A stretch of 64,000 nt of DNA from Burkholderiales bacterium. GTDB lineage: Bacteria > Pseudomonadota > Gammaproteobacteria > Burkholderiales > Eutrophovitaceae. Shown here one piece after another: positions 49,414 to 59,850 of this stretch (position 1 is the stretch's first letter; each line of letters opens with the position of its first letter). A model generated the notes under the pieces. The model made no database searches, was not told the origin of the DNA, and saw only the letters and a program-made list of their open reading frames with translations. The translations under genes were made by a program, and so were the position numbers. The stretch spans positions 138,329-202,328 of the forward strand of contig JAOEKQ010000001.1 in assembly GCA_028379895.1 (NCBI GenBank), given 5' to 3'.

Positions 49414-52257
49414 CTAAAGTTTTTCGAGTTGGCGCTCGAGCTGAGTAATCTTTACTTGATGATGGGCTACCTGATCGCGAACTTGCTGTACAACTTTTTC
49501 AGGAGCTTTTTGGACAAACCCTTCGTTTTTGAGTTTTTGCTGATCGCGGTTAAGCTCACCGTTTAATCGACCAATCTCACCGTTTATTTTTTTACGTTCC
49601 TCTTCTGGATCGATTTCTACGTGGAGCATAAGGACGTAGCCGTCGATGGTAGCGGTCGGGCTGTCTCGCTCAGGCAGTTGATCCCCTGTTAATTCTATTT
49701 CGCTGGACTTCGTAAGTGTACGGAGTACGGGCTGCCACTTTTCTAGAAACTGAGTGTCTCCAGAGATCAAGAGTGGTAAACGTTCTGATGGCCCAATATT
49801 CATTTCAGCTTTGAGTGTTCGACAAGCTGTGACCAAGCTTTTAAGTGTTTTAAGCTCTTGATCAGCTTGGGTATCAATTGTTTTTGCATTCAATTTTGGA
49901 TACGAGCTGACCATCACGCTTTTGCCCGGAAGACCAGCTATAGGTGCGATCCTTTGCCACAGTTCCTCGGTGATGTAAGGAATAATAGGATGTGCCATTC
50001 GGAGTGACTTCTCTAGTGTTCGTATGAGCGTTCGCCTCGTGGCCCTGCGCTGTGCGTCATCGCCTGTTTGTATTTGCACTTTAGCGATTTCGAGGTACCA
50101 ATCACAAAATTCGTCCCATACAAACTGGTATATCGCGCTTGCTACTGTATCGAAGCGGTAGTCTTCGAAACCTTTATGTACCTTGATGAGGGTTCGTTCA
50201 AATTCATTCGAAATCCAACGGTCTGCTGCGGAGAAATCAAGATATTGCCCAGGACCGCAAACTTCAGGACCGTGTCGCTCCAATCCGCAATCCTTGCCTT
50301 CGGTGTTCATGAGTACGAATCGGGATGCATTCCAAAGCTTATTACAAAAGTTTCGATAACCCTCGCATCGGTTGAGGTCGAAGTTAAGTGTTCGAGCGAA
50401 TGTGGCTAGAGATGCAAACGTAAATCGCAAGGAATCTGCGCCAAAGGAGGGGATGCCTTTTGGGAAGTTCTTTCGTAGATATTTCTCAATTTTATCCTGA
50501 TGCTCTGCAAGCATGAGGCTTTGTGTAGATTTGCTAACGAGCGACTCTAAGTCAATACCATCCAAAAGATCCAAGGGGTCAATGGTATTACCCTTTGACT
50601 TTGACATTTTCTGTCCTTCAGCATCGCGCACGAGCGCATTGATGTAGACATCTTTAAAGGGAACTTTACCGGTAAAGTGCAGCGTCATCATGATCATGCG
50701 CGCTACCCAAAAGAAGATGATATCGAAACCGGTAACCAGGACATTAGAAGGCAGGTATTGTGCTAAATCATTCGTTCTCTTGGGCCACCCTAACGAGCTA
50801 AAAGGTACGAGTGCGGAAGAAAACCAGGTATCAAGCACATCCTCATCACGACGCAGCGTCCCGTTGTAGCCTTTCGCCTTTGCCTGCGCAAGAGCCTCCT
50901 CCTCGTTACGCGCAACGTAAGTGTTACCGTCAGCGTCGTACCAAGCGGGAATTTGGTGCCCCCACCAAAGTTGTCTTGATATGCACCAGTCTTGGATATT
51001 TTCCAACCAGTGATTGTAGGTAGAGGTCCAATGATCAGGATGAAATCGAATGTCTTCATCTTTTACCGCTTTGAGCGCTTTGTTAGCTAAGCCCTCGGTC
51101 TTAACGAACCATTGGTCCGTGAGCATGGGTTCAACAGTCTCTCCGGTCCGCCCTGATTTCGGGACATTAAGCGTATGTTTTTTCTCGCTTACTAAATGTC
51201 CTGACACTTCAAGTTCTTTAAGGATTAATTTGCGGGCTTCTAATCGGTCTATATTTTGAAAACGACTGGGTGTGTTTTTGTTGAGCGTACCATCAAGGTT
51301 AAGGATATTAATTGGCGTAAGACCATGTCGCTCGCCTACACCGAAATCGTTAAAGTCATGGGCTGGAGTTATTTTTACGCAGCCCGTGCCGAATGTTGCA
51401 TCTACGTACTCATCGGCAATTATCGGGATGGTGCGTTCGCAAAGTGGTATAACAACTTGCTCACCAATGAGGGCGGCATATCGACTATCCGTTGGGTTCA
51501 CTGCAATTGCGACATCTCCGAGCATCGTCTCGGGTCGGGTGGTTGCCACTACAATATTAAACTTATTGTTGGCACTGGGATATTTGATCTCCCAAATTTT
51601 ACCGTTTGTCTCGATGCTCTCTACTTCAAGGTCTGACACGGCCGTTTGTAGCTGTGGATCCCAATTGACCAGTCTATTGCCTTTGTAGATCAACCCGTCT
51701 TGATGCAGGCGAACAAATACTTCAACAACGGCTTCGGACATGTGTGCGTCCATCGTAAAATAACCGGATTTACCGCCATCCGAATCTGCATATTCCCAGT
51801 TAGCTGACGAACCTAAGCGTCGCATTTGGTTGGTTATGGTTGAGCCAGATTGTTGTTTCCATCGCCAAACTTCTTTTAGAAAGTCCTCGCGACCAAGGTC
51901 GGTACGTTTTTTTCCAGCCGCGGCGAGCTGCCGCTCTACAACCAGTTGGGTGGCTATTCCGGCATGATCCGTTCCCACCACCCAGTTTGTTTTTTTGCCA
52001 CTCATTCGGTGATAACGAATGAGGCTATCCATCAGAGTCTGCTGAAAGGCGTGCCCCATGTGGAGGGTCCCTGTCACATTGGGAGGTGGCAGTTGTATAC
52101 AGTAGGTCGTTGGTTCATCTGCGCTCGACAAGGATGGACTATCCTTGAAAAATCCGTACTCTTCCCATTTTGTGTACCAATAATCCTCGATGGATTTCGG
52201 ATCGAAGGTTTTAGCCAATTCAGATTGAGGCGATTGGGCTTTGTTTTTATTCTCCAT
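49414..52257 (-). CDS. valS: Valine--tRNA ligase
   Basis: 947 aa with [14 protein letters not shown] (HIGH), KMSKSKGN and a C-terminal coiled coil. Confidence 0.95.
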   Translation of the reverse strand: MENKNKAQSPQSELAKTFDPKSIEDYWYTKWEEYGFFKDSPSLSSADEPTTYCIQLPPPNVTGTLHMGHAFQQTLMDSLIRYHRMSGKKTNWVVGTDHAGIATQLVVERQLAAAGKKRTDLGREDFLKEVWRWKQQSGSTITNQMRRLGSSANWEYADSDGGKSGYFTMDAHMSEAVVEVFVRLHQDGLIYKGNRLVNWDPQLQTAVSDLEVESIETNGKIWEIKYPSANNKFNIVVATTRPETMLGDVAIAVNPTDSRYAALIGEQVVIPLCERTIPIIADEYVDATFGTGCVKITPAHDFNDFGVGERHGLTPINILNLDGTLNKNTPSRFQNIDRLEARKLILKELEVSGHLVSEKKHTLNVPKSGRTGETVEPMLTDQWFVKTEGLANKALKAVKDEDIRFHPDHWTSTYNHWLENIQDWCISRQLWWGHQIPAWYDADGNTYVARNEEEALAQAKAKGYNGTLRRDEDVLDTWFSSALVPFSSLGWPKRTNDLAQYLPSNVLVTGFDIIFFWVARMIMMTLHFTGKVPFKDVYINALVRDAEGQKMSKSKGNTIDPLDLLDGIDLESLVSKSTQSLMLAEHQDKIEKYLRKNFPKGIPSFGADSLRFTFASLATFARTLNFDLNRCEGYRNFCNKLWNASRFVLMNTEGKDCGLERHGPEVCGPGQYLDFSAADRWISNEFERTLIKVHKGFEDYRFDTVASAIYQFVWDEFCDWYLEIAKVQIQTGDDAQRRATRRTLIRTLEKSLRMAHPIIPYITEELWQRIAPIAGLPGKSVMVSSYPKLNAKTIDTQADQELKTLKSLVTACRTLKAEMNIGPSERLPLLISGDTQFLEKWQPVLRTLTKSSEIELTGDQLPERDSPTATIDGYVLMLHVEIDPEEERKKINGEIGRLNGELNRDQQKLKNEGFVQKAPEKVVQQVRDQVAHHQVKITQLERQLEKL

Positions 52258-52442
52258 GTTTGGGACTTTTTAAAACGTGTTGAACCATCAAAAAATTTAA
52301 GATCATCGTAACATTATTTAATGGCGACTCTAAACTCAAAATCGCATGATTAAAGGCGGACAATCAACAAAGACGGGGTTAGCCCCCTCTTGGTTAACAA
52401 CAATTTATCTAAGCCGAGGGGACCAAATTTAATTCCAGCTCG

Positions 52443-52856
52443 CTACATTTTATGGACTTTGATGGCGTAGCCTCGGTCACGGTACCACTTGAAGCGTTGG
52501 CGACCGACCTCAATCGAGTCTTTCTGTTGAGTAACAATCTCGATCAAGCGTTGAAACGAACTAAATTGTCCCGGTGCTTTCGCAGTCAAGTTAATTAAAA
52601 CGTCAAGGTGCGAGCTCTCATCGTCATGTCTTAATTCGAGCGAGGTTCGTTTATTATTCGGCTCTTCAGGGCCTACCGAGTGTGGAATAAATTTGGTGGG
52701 ATCATGCGACCAAAGATACTCGGACACCGATTTTGAGTGATCGGCGTCCCGAGTGACGATGCAAGCCCTTCGTCGCATCTTTAATGTTTTTTCAGAAAGT
52801 TTTACTAAGAATGGTAGTTCTTCGTTTACTCCCGTATAGAAGATAATCTCAGTCAT
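52443..52856 (-). CDS. holC: DNA polymerase III chi subunit
   Basis: 137 aa in the canonical position between pepA and valS, with a chi-like N-terminus (IIFYTG...). Confidence 0.8.
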   Translation of the reverse strand: MTEIIFYTGVNEELPFLVKLSEKTLKMRRRACIVTRDADHSKSVSEYLWSHDPTKFIPHSVGPEEPNNKRTSLELRHDDESSHLDVLINLTAKAPGQFSSFQRLIEIVTQQKDSIEVGRQRFKWYRDRGYAIKVHKM

Positions 52857-52887
52857 TATCTGGGCTACTGATGTTTATGAAGTGACT

Positions 52888-54366
52888 TTAAACTCGGTTC
52901 ATTAGAAATTCGCATAATAATGGCACGGGTCTTCCTGTGGAGCCTTTCTCTTTTCCTGAGACCCATGCAGTGCCCGCGATATCCAGGTGCGCCCATGGGT
53001 ACTTAGTTGCAAATTGCGCTAAAAAGCAAGCAGCCGTTATACTTCCGGCCGCCCTACCTCCAATATTGGCTAGGTCTGCAAAATTACTGCTCAGTAATTT
53101 TGTATAGTCCTCCCATATGGGCATGCGCCAAACGCGATCCCAAGAAGTCGTACCCGCACGGCTGATTTCCTCAGCTAAGTCATCGTTATTACTGAAGAGC
53201 CCCGAGGCCACTTTCCCTAACGAAACCACGCACGCTCCGGTAAGCGTTGCGACATCAATTGCGGCTGCTGGATTTAGCTTTTCTGCGTAGGTCAGTGCGT
53301 CACACAACACCAGCCGTCCCTCAGCATCAGTATTGAGTATCTCAATTGTTTTGCCTGACATGGATGTCACTACATCACCCGGGCGTGTGGCAGTACCACT
53401 AGGCATATTCTCGGCGGCGGCTACAAGCCCAACGACATTGATGGGTAGCTTCATTTCTGAAATGGCGGATAGCGTCCCTATCACACTAGCTGCTCCTCCC
53501 ATATCGTATTTCATTTCATCCATCCCACTGGATGACTTTATTGATATACCGCCAGTGTCAAAAGTAATCCCTTTACCCACTAAAACAATCGGTGCGTCTT
53601 TCTTTTTCCCGCCCGAATAGGAGGCATGAATTAATTGGGCTGGCTCTTTACTGCCTTGTGAAACCGATAAGAGTGAACCCATACCGAGCTTTTTCATGTC
53701 CGCCTCTGACAGACATTTAACTGAAAATTTATTTTGTTTGCCTAATTTGGTCATGATTTCGGCCAAAAATCGAGGAGTACAGATATTTGCGGGGAGGTTA
53801 CCAAGGTCCTTTGCTAAATTCATGCCTCTGCCAATGGCTCCACCCTCGGCAAGGTGAGTTTTATCGCTGGAAGAATCCGTACCCTCAATGGCAAGAGCAA
53901 CCTTGGCTGGAAGCCCCGACAATGATTTACCATCGAGCAAGGTCTTTCGTTGCTCGTACTTGTAACTTAAACTTGTCGCCGTTGACGCAATCTGGCGAGC
54001 CATCCACGCTCGGCTCACGCCATTGGCTTTGAGCTCAGGAACAAACAATGTAATGGCTGTCTCCTCAGCTTCTCTAATTTTCGAAAAAATTGTCTCAATC
54101 GCTCGAATGAATTCGACCTTGCATTTATTACTTCCTAGTCCGACTACGAGTACTGTTTTAGCTTTAGTTCCAGGCAGATTTGTGAGTTCTAGGGCTTTAC
54201 CAGCTTTGCCTGAGAATTTTCTAGACTTTAAGTTTTGCAGCAAAGTCCCTTTACTTACTTTGTTGATGATATTTGCGGCCTCGGTAAGTTTTTGGTTTTC
54301 AAACATACCAACGATTACATAGGAGCTTAGAGTTTCCGGGGATTTGGTGGTTATGCTAAAGTTCAT
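52888..54366 (-). CDS. pepA: Leucyl aminopeptidase (M17)
   Basis: 492 aa with VGKGITFDTGGISIK and NTDAEGRLVLCDAL. Confidence 0.92.
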   Translation of the reverse strand: MNFSITTKSPETLSSYVIVGMFENQKLTEAANIINKVSKGTLLQNLKSRKFSGKAGKALELTNLPGTKAKTVLVVGLGSNKCKVEFIRAIETIFSKIREAEETAITLFVPELKANGVSRAWMARQIASTATSLSYKYEQRKTLLDGKSLSGLPAKVALAIEGTDSSSDKTHLAEGGAIGRGMNLAKDLGNLPANICTPRFLAEIMTKLGKQNKFSVKCLSEADMKKLGMGSLLSVSQGSKEPAQLIHASYSGGKKKDAPIVLVGKGITFDTGGISIKSSSGMDEMKYDMGGAASVIGTLSAISEMKLPINVVGLVAAAENMPSGTATRPGDVVTSMSGKTIEILNTDAEGRLVLCDALTYAEKLNPAAAIDVATLTGACVVSLGKVASGLFSNNDDLAEEISRAGTTSWDRVWRMPIWEDYTKLLSSNFADLANIGGRAAGSITAACFLAQFATKYPWAHLDIAGTAWVSGKEKGSTGRPVPLLCEFLMNRV

Positions 54367-54446
54367 CGATTACGTCCTCAGTTTGGTGTTTTGGGATCTA
54401 TCAGTTATTTTGCGAAAGCATTTTTAAAGTGATCTCACCTTGATAT

Positions 54447-55538
54447 ATGACTATTTTTTCAAAAAACATTGTAAAAGAATATTCGGTGACATGGGTGGTC
54501 ATTTTTGCAGGACTGTTGATGATTGTATTCGTGACCCAACTAGTCCGCTACTTTGGATATGCCGCCAATGGGTCAGTTCCCTTCGGGTCGGTGTTTTTAT
54601 TGTTTACCCTAGGCAGTATTAAAAACCTGCCCATTTTGTTCTCTTTAAGTATTGTTTTATCGGTGACGCTTAGCCTTAGTCGATGGTACCGCGACTCTGA
54701 GATGGTCGTTTGGGCATCTTCAGGAAAAGCCTTATCCGCATGGGTGATGCCTACTTTGGGGTTTGTGACTCCGATTGCGCTTTTGGTCACCGTTTTGACG
54801 TTATTTTTGGCGCCGTGGGCTGAACAGCGGTTAGAAATTGAAAAACAAACACTCGAGGTCAATGATGACATATCGACTGTATCGCCCGGCATCTTTATCG
54901 AATCCAAGGATGGTTCAACGGTTTTTTTCGTCGATAGTCTTGAATCGAGCGTACAGGGATTAAAAGGAGTTTTTATTTTTAACCGTGACGCCAATAGGAT
55001 CTCAATAACAAGTGCAAATCGCGGCCGACAAGAGGAGTCCGCGCAAGGCGCCAGTTATCTCGTGGTGGAGGATGGCTACCGGTACACGGAGTTTAAACAG
55101 TCATTAGAGTTTGATGCTACTAAATTCGCTACTTACGGAGTCAGGATGGATAAAAACCCCGTCAGTAAGCCTTACGTTCATCTTGGCGGCAGATCCACGA
55201 TTTCACTGATTGAGGAGGGCTCCCCTCAAAGTTTTTCTGAGTTGGTTTGGAGGATTGGTTTGCCATTAAGTGCGATTTTGCTTGCACTGATCAGCATACC
55301 AATATCTTTTGTCAATAACAGAGGTGGGCGTTCGTATAGCGTTGCGGTGGGCGTTTTGTTTTTTCTCTTTTACAAAAACGTATTGGGTATTGTTCAAGCT
55401 CAAGTTTATCAATCGAGTTGGTCTTTATGGATGGGGCTCACATTGCCACATCTCATTATTTTGGTTATTTTTATTTTGTTACTTCTCCTGCGAGTGGGCG
55501 CGTTTAAAAGAGGTTTGCCTGCCAGGAAGTTTATATGA
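54447..55538 (+). CDS. lptF: LPS export ABC permease LptF
   Basis: 363 aa YjgP/YjgQ-type permease, divergent from pepA and followed by lptG. Confidence 0.85.
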   Translation: MTIFSKNIVKEYSVTWVVIFAGLLMIVFVTQLVRYFGYAANGSVPFGSVFLLFTLGSIKNLPILFSLSIVLSVTLSLSRWYRDSEMVVWASSGKALSAWVMPTLGFVTPIALLVTVLTLFLAPWAEQRLEIEKQTLEVNDDISTVSPGIFIESKDGSTVFFVDSLESSVQGLKGVFIFNRDANRISITSANRGRQEESAQGASYLVVEDGYRYTEFKQSLEFDATKFATYGVRMDKNPVSKPYVHLGGRSTISLIEEGSPQSFSELVWRIGLPLSAILLALISIPISFVNNRGGRSYSVAVGVLFFLFYKNVLGIVQAQVYQSSWSLWMGLTLPHLIILVIFILLLLLRVGAFKRGLPARKFI

Positions 55539-56614
55539 GAACCCTTCGTAAATATATCATTAGCGAGACCCTAATTAGTATCTCGTCCGTCTTGTTTTTG
55601 TTTATTGCGTTATTTTTCATTTTCGACCTCATTCAAGGTATTGCTGACGGGGATCAGTTAAATGCCGGCCTAATGTTTACTCTACTTCGATCAGCTTTAG
55701 AGATCCCTTCTTGGGCTTATGAGCTAGTACCACTTTCAGCGCTTACAGGCACGTTAATTGCGCTTGCGAGATTTTCGTCTTACTCTGAATACGTTGTGAT
55801 GCGTAGCGCGGGCATGTCGCTTAAAAACCTAATTTTAACGCTCTCTGTCGTTGCGGTTTTTGTATCCTTTATAACTCTTTTGGTAGGTGAACTCATTGTC
55901 CCCAAGGCAGAGAGAATGCTTCAGAACATCACAGTCAGTTCTGCGCCAGAACAACATGTTATTGCTCAAACATTTCGTTCAGGTCATTGGATTAAGGATA
56001 AGTCCCGAATCATTAATGTGGCGAGGTTAACCAAAAGTTTTGAGTTGTCGGGTATTTTGATATTTGAACTTGACGACGAGGATCGCTCTGTTGAGCGGAT
56101 GATAAAGGCCTCGAGCGGTATTATTGATGAAAATAAATGGCAGTTAAGTGATGTACGCGTGACTGAAATTTATTCTGACCGATTAATTCGGACGGCATCA
56201 CCATTCTTGAGCCTGAACACGTCAATTAACCCGAAAATTCTTAATTCTTTGCTTTTAGGCGAGGAGCACCTAACTTATCTTGAGCTTGAAGGGTATATCG
56301 ATCATCTTGAAACCAATGGTGAAGAGGTTTATCGATATAAATCGGCACAATGGTCGAAAATTAGTCATCTGGTTACAGTTTTTCTATTGGTATTAATTGC
56401 GGTAGCATTTGTCAGCTTTGAGAACAGAGGCCGTCATGTAAGCTTTTGGATTTTCATTGGCATTCTTTGCGGTGTTGGGCTTTATTTCTCAACTCAATTG
56501 ATTAACTCAATAGGAACAATCGGGCGCTGGCCACCGGCAATGTTTAGTCTAATCCCGATGTTTTTAATTTTGCTTGTAGCCTATTTTTTTGTGGTGAGTC
56601 GAGAGCGACGATAG
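55535..56614 (+). CDS. lptG: LPS export ABC permease LptG
   Basis: 359 aa YjgP/YjgQ-type permease, with a 4-nt overlap with lptF. Confidence 0.85.
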   Translation: MRTLRKYIISETLISISSVLFLFIALFFIFDLIQGIADGDQLNAGLMFTLLRSALEIPSWAYELVPLSALTGTLIALARFSSYSEYVVMRSAGMSLKNLILTLSVVAVFVSFITLLVGELIVPKAERMLQNITVSSAPEQHVIAQTFRSGHWIKDKSRIINVARLTKSFELSGILIFELDDEDRSVERMIKASSGIIDENKWQLSDVRVTEIYSDRLIRTASPFLSLNTSINPKILNSLLLGEEHLTYLELEGYIDHLETNGEEVYRYKSAQWSKISHLVTVFLLVLIAVAFVSFENRGRHVSFWIFIGILCGVGLYFSTQLINSIGTIGRWPPAMFSLIPMFLILLVAYFFVVSRERR

Positions 56615-56627
56615 TTCGGAGAAATGT

Positions 56628-57074
56628 TTAATGAGAGCGATCTATCGAAATCACTTGCGTGTTGAGTAATTTATCTTGAGGCAACTGATTGTCCTTTATG
56701 ATCAGCATAGCGACTGGTCCAATTAGGGTCAAATTAAAAGCTGTTGCTAGGGCCAGCCTTATACTCGCAGCTTTAACTGTTAAAAGGGTTTCCGAGTGGA
56801 TTACGGTTTTGAGTCCCCAAGACTTTTGGGCGAGACTTTGGCCAGAAGTGGTCCAACATAAAATATAATACGCCCAGATGCCACATAGGGTCGTGAATCC
56901 AACGATAGATCTTAGAATAAGTGGTTCAGCTGAACCTACTATTGCTGTTGTTATGAACGCAATAGTAAAGGCTAATGTGACCGTTGTTACGCATTCGTAA
57001 CCCAGGGAGCATAATTGCCGCTTTTTCGTCGGATAAGAGATGTTATGACTTTGAGTTGTATGAGTATTAATCAT
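56628..57074 (-). CDS. RDD-family membrane protein
   Basis: 148 aa with 3-4 TM segments and RDD-like topology (assignment by pattern only). Confidence 0.55.
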   Translation of the reverse strand: MINTHTTQSHNISYPTKKRQLCSLGYECVTTVTLAFTIAFITTAIVGSAEPLILRSIVGFTTLCGIWAYYILCWTTSGQSLAQKSWGLKTVIHSETLLTVKAASIRLALATAFNLTLIGPVAMLIIKDNQLPQDKLLNTQVISIDRSH

Positions 57075-57179
57075 TTTTAAGAATTCATGTAATACGTTAT
57101 TTAATATTCAATATTTTACTTTTTGTTGGGTCGCGAGGGTAACGTAGATTACGATAATCAGGTAAACTAAAATTACTAA

Positions 57180-57745
57180 ATGAGTCGATTTGATTTTACA
57201 AACCATTTCTTAATTGCCGCGCCCGGCGTGTTCGGCTCTTGCTCTTTGTCCTCTATTTTTATCTTTGCCAGCACGATGAGCTTAGGGCGCCTGGATGGAT
57301 TGTGAATAAACCAATTGTCATGACTGTCGAGAATTTGTTTGTAAATCTAGGCCTGAACCTCAAGCCAATTGGTTATATTATCCAAAATGTCTATTTTGGA
57401 GATTCCGTTGAGTTAGGCGGAGGATTCGTAATCCATCGTTACTCTCGTGATTCGCTTTCAATTATAAAGGTGACTCCTGATGTGGCCTCAACGACATTAA
57501 CGAATCTTTTAAAGTGTTTAGCGGGCGGAAAAGAAGCTGGCGGTTTTAACGCAATAATTTCTTCAGGTTGTTGTGGTTGGTTCGCGGGACAATTGGAAAA
57601 AGAAATGACAGTCGGGGACTGGTTGATCTTACTCGTTGAAGAAGACTTCATATTTCGAGTGCCCATCGAGGAAAGGCACTACGCTGTTCTGTCCTTGCTT
57701 GGGATTGCGGCTGAACAGACTGCTATAAATATTGAAAATGCTTGA
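57180..57745 (+). CDS. yqgE: YqgE/AlgH-family protein, with an apparent frameshift near 57240
   Basis: ATG 57180 opens MSRFDFTNHFLIAAPGVFGS (conserved AlgH N-terminus). The rest (LFVLYFYLCQHDELRAPGWIVNKP...) is in the -1 frame (ORF 57239..57745). Confidence 0.75.
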
Positions 57746-57774
57746 AATGCATAACTCCTACTTTTTTCGACTCG

Positions 57775-58215
57775 ATGAGTAAATCTTCGATGAATCAATT
57801 GTTCTTAGCTTTCGATTATGGCGAGAGACGTGTCGGGGTTGCTATGGGTGATGCGTCGATTGGTATAGCTCATCCAATCAAGACCATCACATATAAAATA
57901 TCGAAGGAGTTAATGGGTGAAATAGAGAGTATTGTGAAGGAGTGGAAGCCGTTGGCGTTTGTTGTCGGAATGCCCAGGAGCGAAAATGGGAAGCCACACG
58001 CTTTAGAGAAGAGAGTCAATCGTTTTTGCCAAACGCTTGGGTCTAAGTTTAAACTTGCTGTACATATCATTGATGAGAGTTACACTTCAGTCGAGGCTGA
58101 TCAATTTTTAGCGAATAACAAAGTCGGGTGGAAAGAAAGAAAGAAGAGGGTCGATATGGTTGCTGCACAATTAATTCTTGAGGATTTTTTTACGACCTCT
58201 TCGAAGGAGACTTAA
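57775..58215 (+). CDS. ruvX: Putative pre-16S rRNA nuclease / Holliday-junction-resolvase-like RuvX (YqgF)
   Basis: LFLAFDYGERRVGVAMGD is the RNase-H-like YqgF N-terminal motif. Start set to ATG 57775 (alternative ATG 57790); the track starts at TTG 57742. Confidence 0.85.
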   Translation: MSKSSMNQLFLAFDYGERRVGVAMGDASIGIAHPIKTITYKISKELMGEIESIVKEWKPLAFVVGMPRSENGKPHALEKRVNRFCQTLGSKFKLAVHIIDESYTSVEADQFLANNKVGWKERKKRVDMVAAQLILEDFFTTSSKET

Positions 58216-58219
58216 GTCT

Positions 58220-58702
58220 GTGCTTGATTCAAAATTACTCACTGAGTCGCTCATTAGTCAACTGCGTGAGGCACTAGATCCCAACAGTTTATTGGTCGGT
58301 ATTCAATCCGGCGGTGCTGTGGTGATGGAGTATCTCATTAACAAATTTGATATTGATGTGCCTTTCGCTTCTGTAGACGTCAGTTTTCATCGAGATGATT
58401 TTGAGATCCGGGGATTAGCGAAAAGTAAAAAAAGTACATCGATTGATTCTGACGTAGATGGTAGGCATGTGATTCTGGTTGATGATGTGGTGCAATCAGG
58501 TAGAACCGCGCGTGCTGCGATTAATGAAATCTATGATTTTGGGAGGCCCAAATCGGTTCGCTTAGCTGTTCTTATGGATCGTGGAGGCCGAGAGTTGCCG
58601 ATTGAGCCGCAGTTTATTGGAGGACGTATTGACATTCCCACCAACCAGAAAATCGCGGTCCGATGGAGCGCAAATAAGGATTTAGAGGTCTATATTGTCT
58701 AG
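58220..58702 (+). CDS. pyrR: Bifunctional pyrimidine regulatory protein PyrR / uracil phosphoribosyltransferase
   Basis: PRPP-binding VILVDDVVQSGRTARAA. GTG 58220 is preferred because AAGGAGA lies 9 nt upstream; the track's TTG 58178 overlaps ruvX. Confidence 0.85.
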   Translation: MLDSKLLTESLISQLREALDPNSLLVGIQSGGAVVMEYLINKFDIDVPFASVDVSFHRDDFEIRGLAKSKKSTSIDSDVDGRHVILVDDVVQSGRTARAAINEIYDFGRPKSVRLAVLMDRGGRELPIEPQFIGGRIDIPTNQKIAVRWSANKDLEVYIV

Positions 58703-58720
58703 AAAATTTGGAGCTGGTTT

Positions 58721-59668
58721 GTGACTGATGATATACAGATAAACAATGACGGTAAGCTCCGGCACTTACTAACTTTAGATAACTTGTCTGGGGAGGTGGT
58801 TACTGAGATTCTGGATTGCGCTCAAAATTTCTTGTCAGTTGGGGACCGTAAAACCAAAAAGTTACCGTTATTACGCGGAAGATCCGTATTCAATCTTTTT
58901 TTTGAAAATAGTACGCGAACCCGTACCACTTTCGAAATAGCAGCCAAAAGACTGTCGGCAGATGTGGTCAATTTAAATATCGCTACCTCATCGCAAAGTA
59001 AAGGCGAAAGCTTGCTGGATATGATTGACAATTTAGTTGCCATGCAAGCTGATATGTTTGTGGTTCGCCACGCCCAAAGCGATGCAGCGCGCTTGATCGC
59101 GCAGCATGTTCCCAAAGGAATACACGTCATTAATGCTGGAGCTGGTAGCCACTCTCACCCCACTCAAGGCTTGCTTGACGCGTTTACAATCAGGCACTTT
59201 AAAAAAGATTTCAGCAGGTTAAAGGTTGTGATAATTGGCGATATTCTTCATTCACGAGTTGCTCGGTCGCAAATTCATGCGTTGAAAGCCCTTGGAGCCA
59301 AAGAAATTCGGGTAGCTGGACCTAAAAGTTTGGTTCCGGAGACGTTAGCTGACATGGGGGTGAGCGTATATAACGACGTTGATTCTGCGATTAAAGACGC
59401 AGACGTCGTGACGACATTGAGACTTCAAAATGAGCGTATGAAAGCTTCACTAGTGCCCAGTGCGCAAGAATTCTACGAAGAATATGGTTTAACGAAAGAG
59501 CGTCTTGGTCTTGCTCATCCTGAAGCTATTGTGATGCACCCGGGTCCAATTAACCGAGGTGTGGAAATAGCATCGGATGTTGCTGATGGGCCTCAATCTG
59601 TGATTCTCCGTCAGGTAACGTTTGGAATCGCTGTGCGAATGGCTGTGATGTCTCTCTTACATGATTGA
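58721..59668 (+). CDS. pyrB: Aspartate carbamoyltransferase catalytic chain
   Basis: 315 aa with [15 protein letters not shown] and HPGPINRG. Confidence 0.92.
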   Translation: MTDDIQINNDGKLRHLLTLDNLSGEVVTEILDCAQNFLSVGDRKTKKLPLLRGRSVFNLFFENSTRTRTTFEIAAKRLSADVVNLNIATSSQSKGESLLDMIDNLVAMQADMFVVRHAQSDAARLIAQHVPKGIHVINAGAGSHSHPTQGLLDAFTIRHFKKDFSRLKVVIIGDILHSRVARSQIHALKALGAKEIRVAGPKSLVPETLADMGVSVYNDVDSAIKDADVVTTLRLQNERMKASLVPSAQEFYEEYGLTKERLGLAHPEAIVMHPGPINRGVEIASDVADGPQSVILRQVTFGIAVRMAVMSLLHD

Positions 59669-59850
59669 TGCCTGTCAAAATCGTATGTTCGGTGTATTTA
59701 TTAACTTAGATAATGTTGTTTAGAGTCCCAAAAGTTGCTTACGGTCGATGCAAGTTGTTTTACCCGGGAAACTAACGACGGTCTTGCTTGCCAAAGATTT
59801 AACGTCATTGCAGACAACATTCACGCATTCAACGACAAGGTGTAATAAAC

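Noticed and set aside
52371-52388. GGGG-TTAG-CCCC hairpin after holC, considered as a terminator.
   Set aside because: The stem is only 4 bp with a weak, interrupted U-tract on the minus strand. This is insufficient evidence.
54548-54994. Long antisense ORFs inside real genes. This one is 148 aa inside lptF. Others are 24045..24443 in the EamA gene, 51272..51688 and 51946..52311 in valS, 34762..35139 in miaB, 6847..7194 in amtB, and 10874..11248 in the ACAD gene.
   Set aside because: They are fully embedded opposite strongly supported genes. They have low-complexity or biased composition and no motifs. They are typical shadow ORFs.
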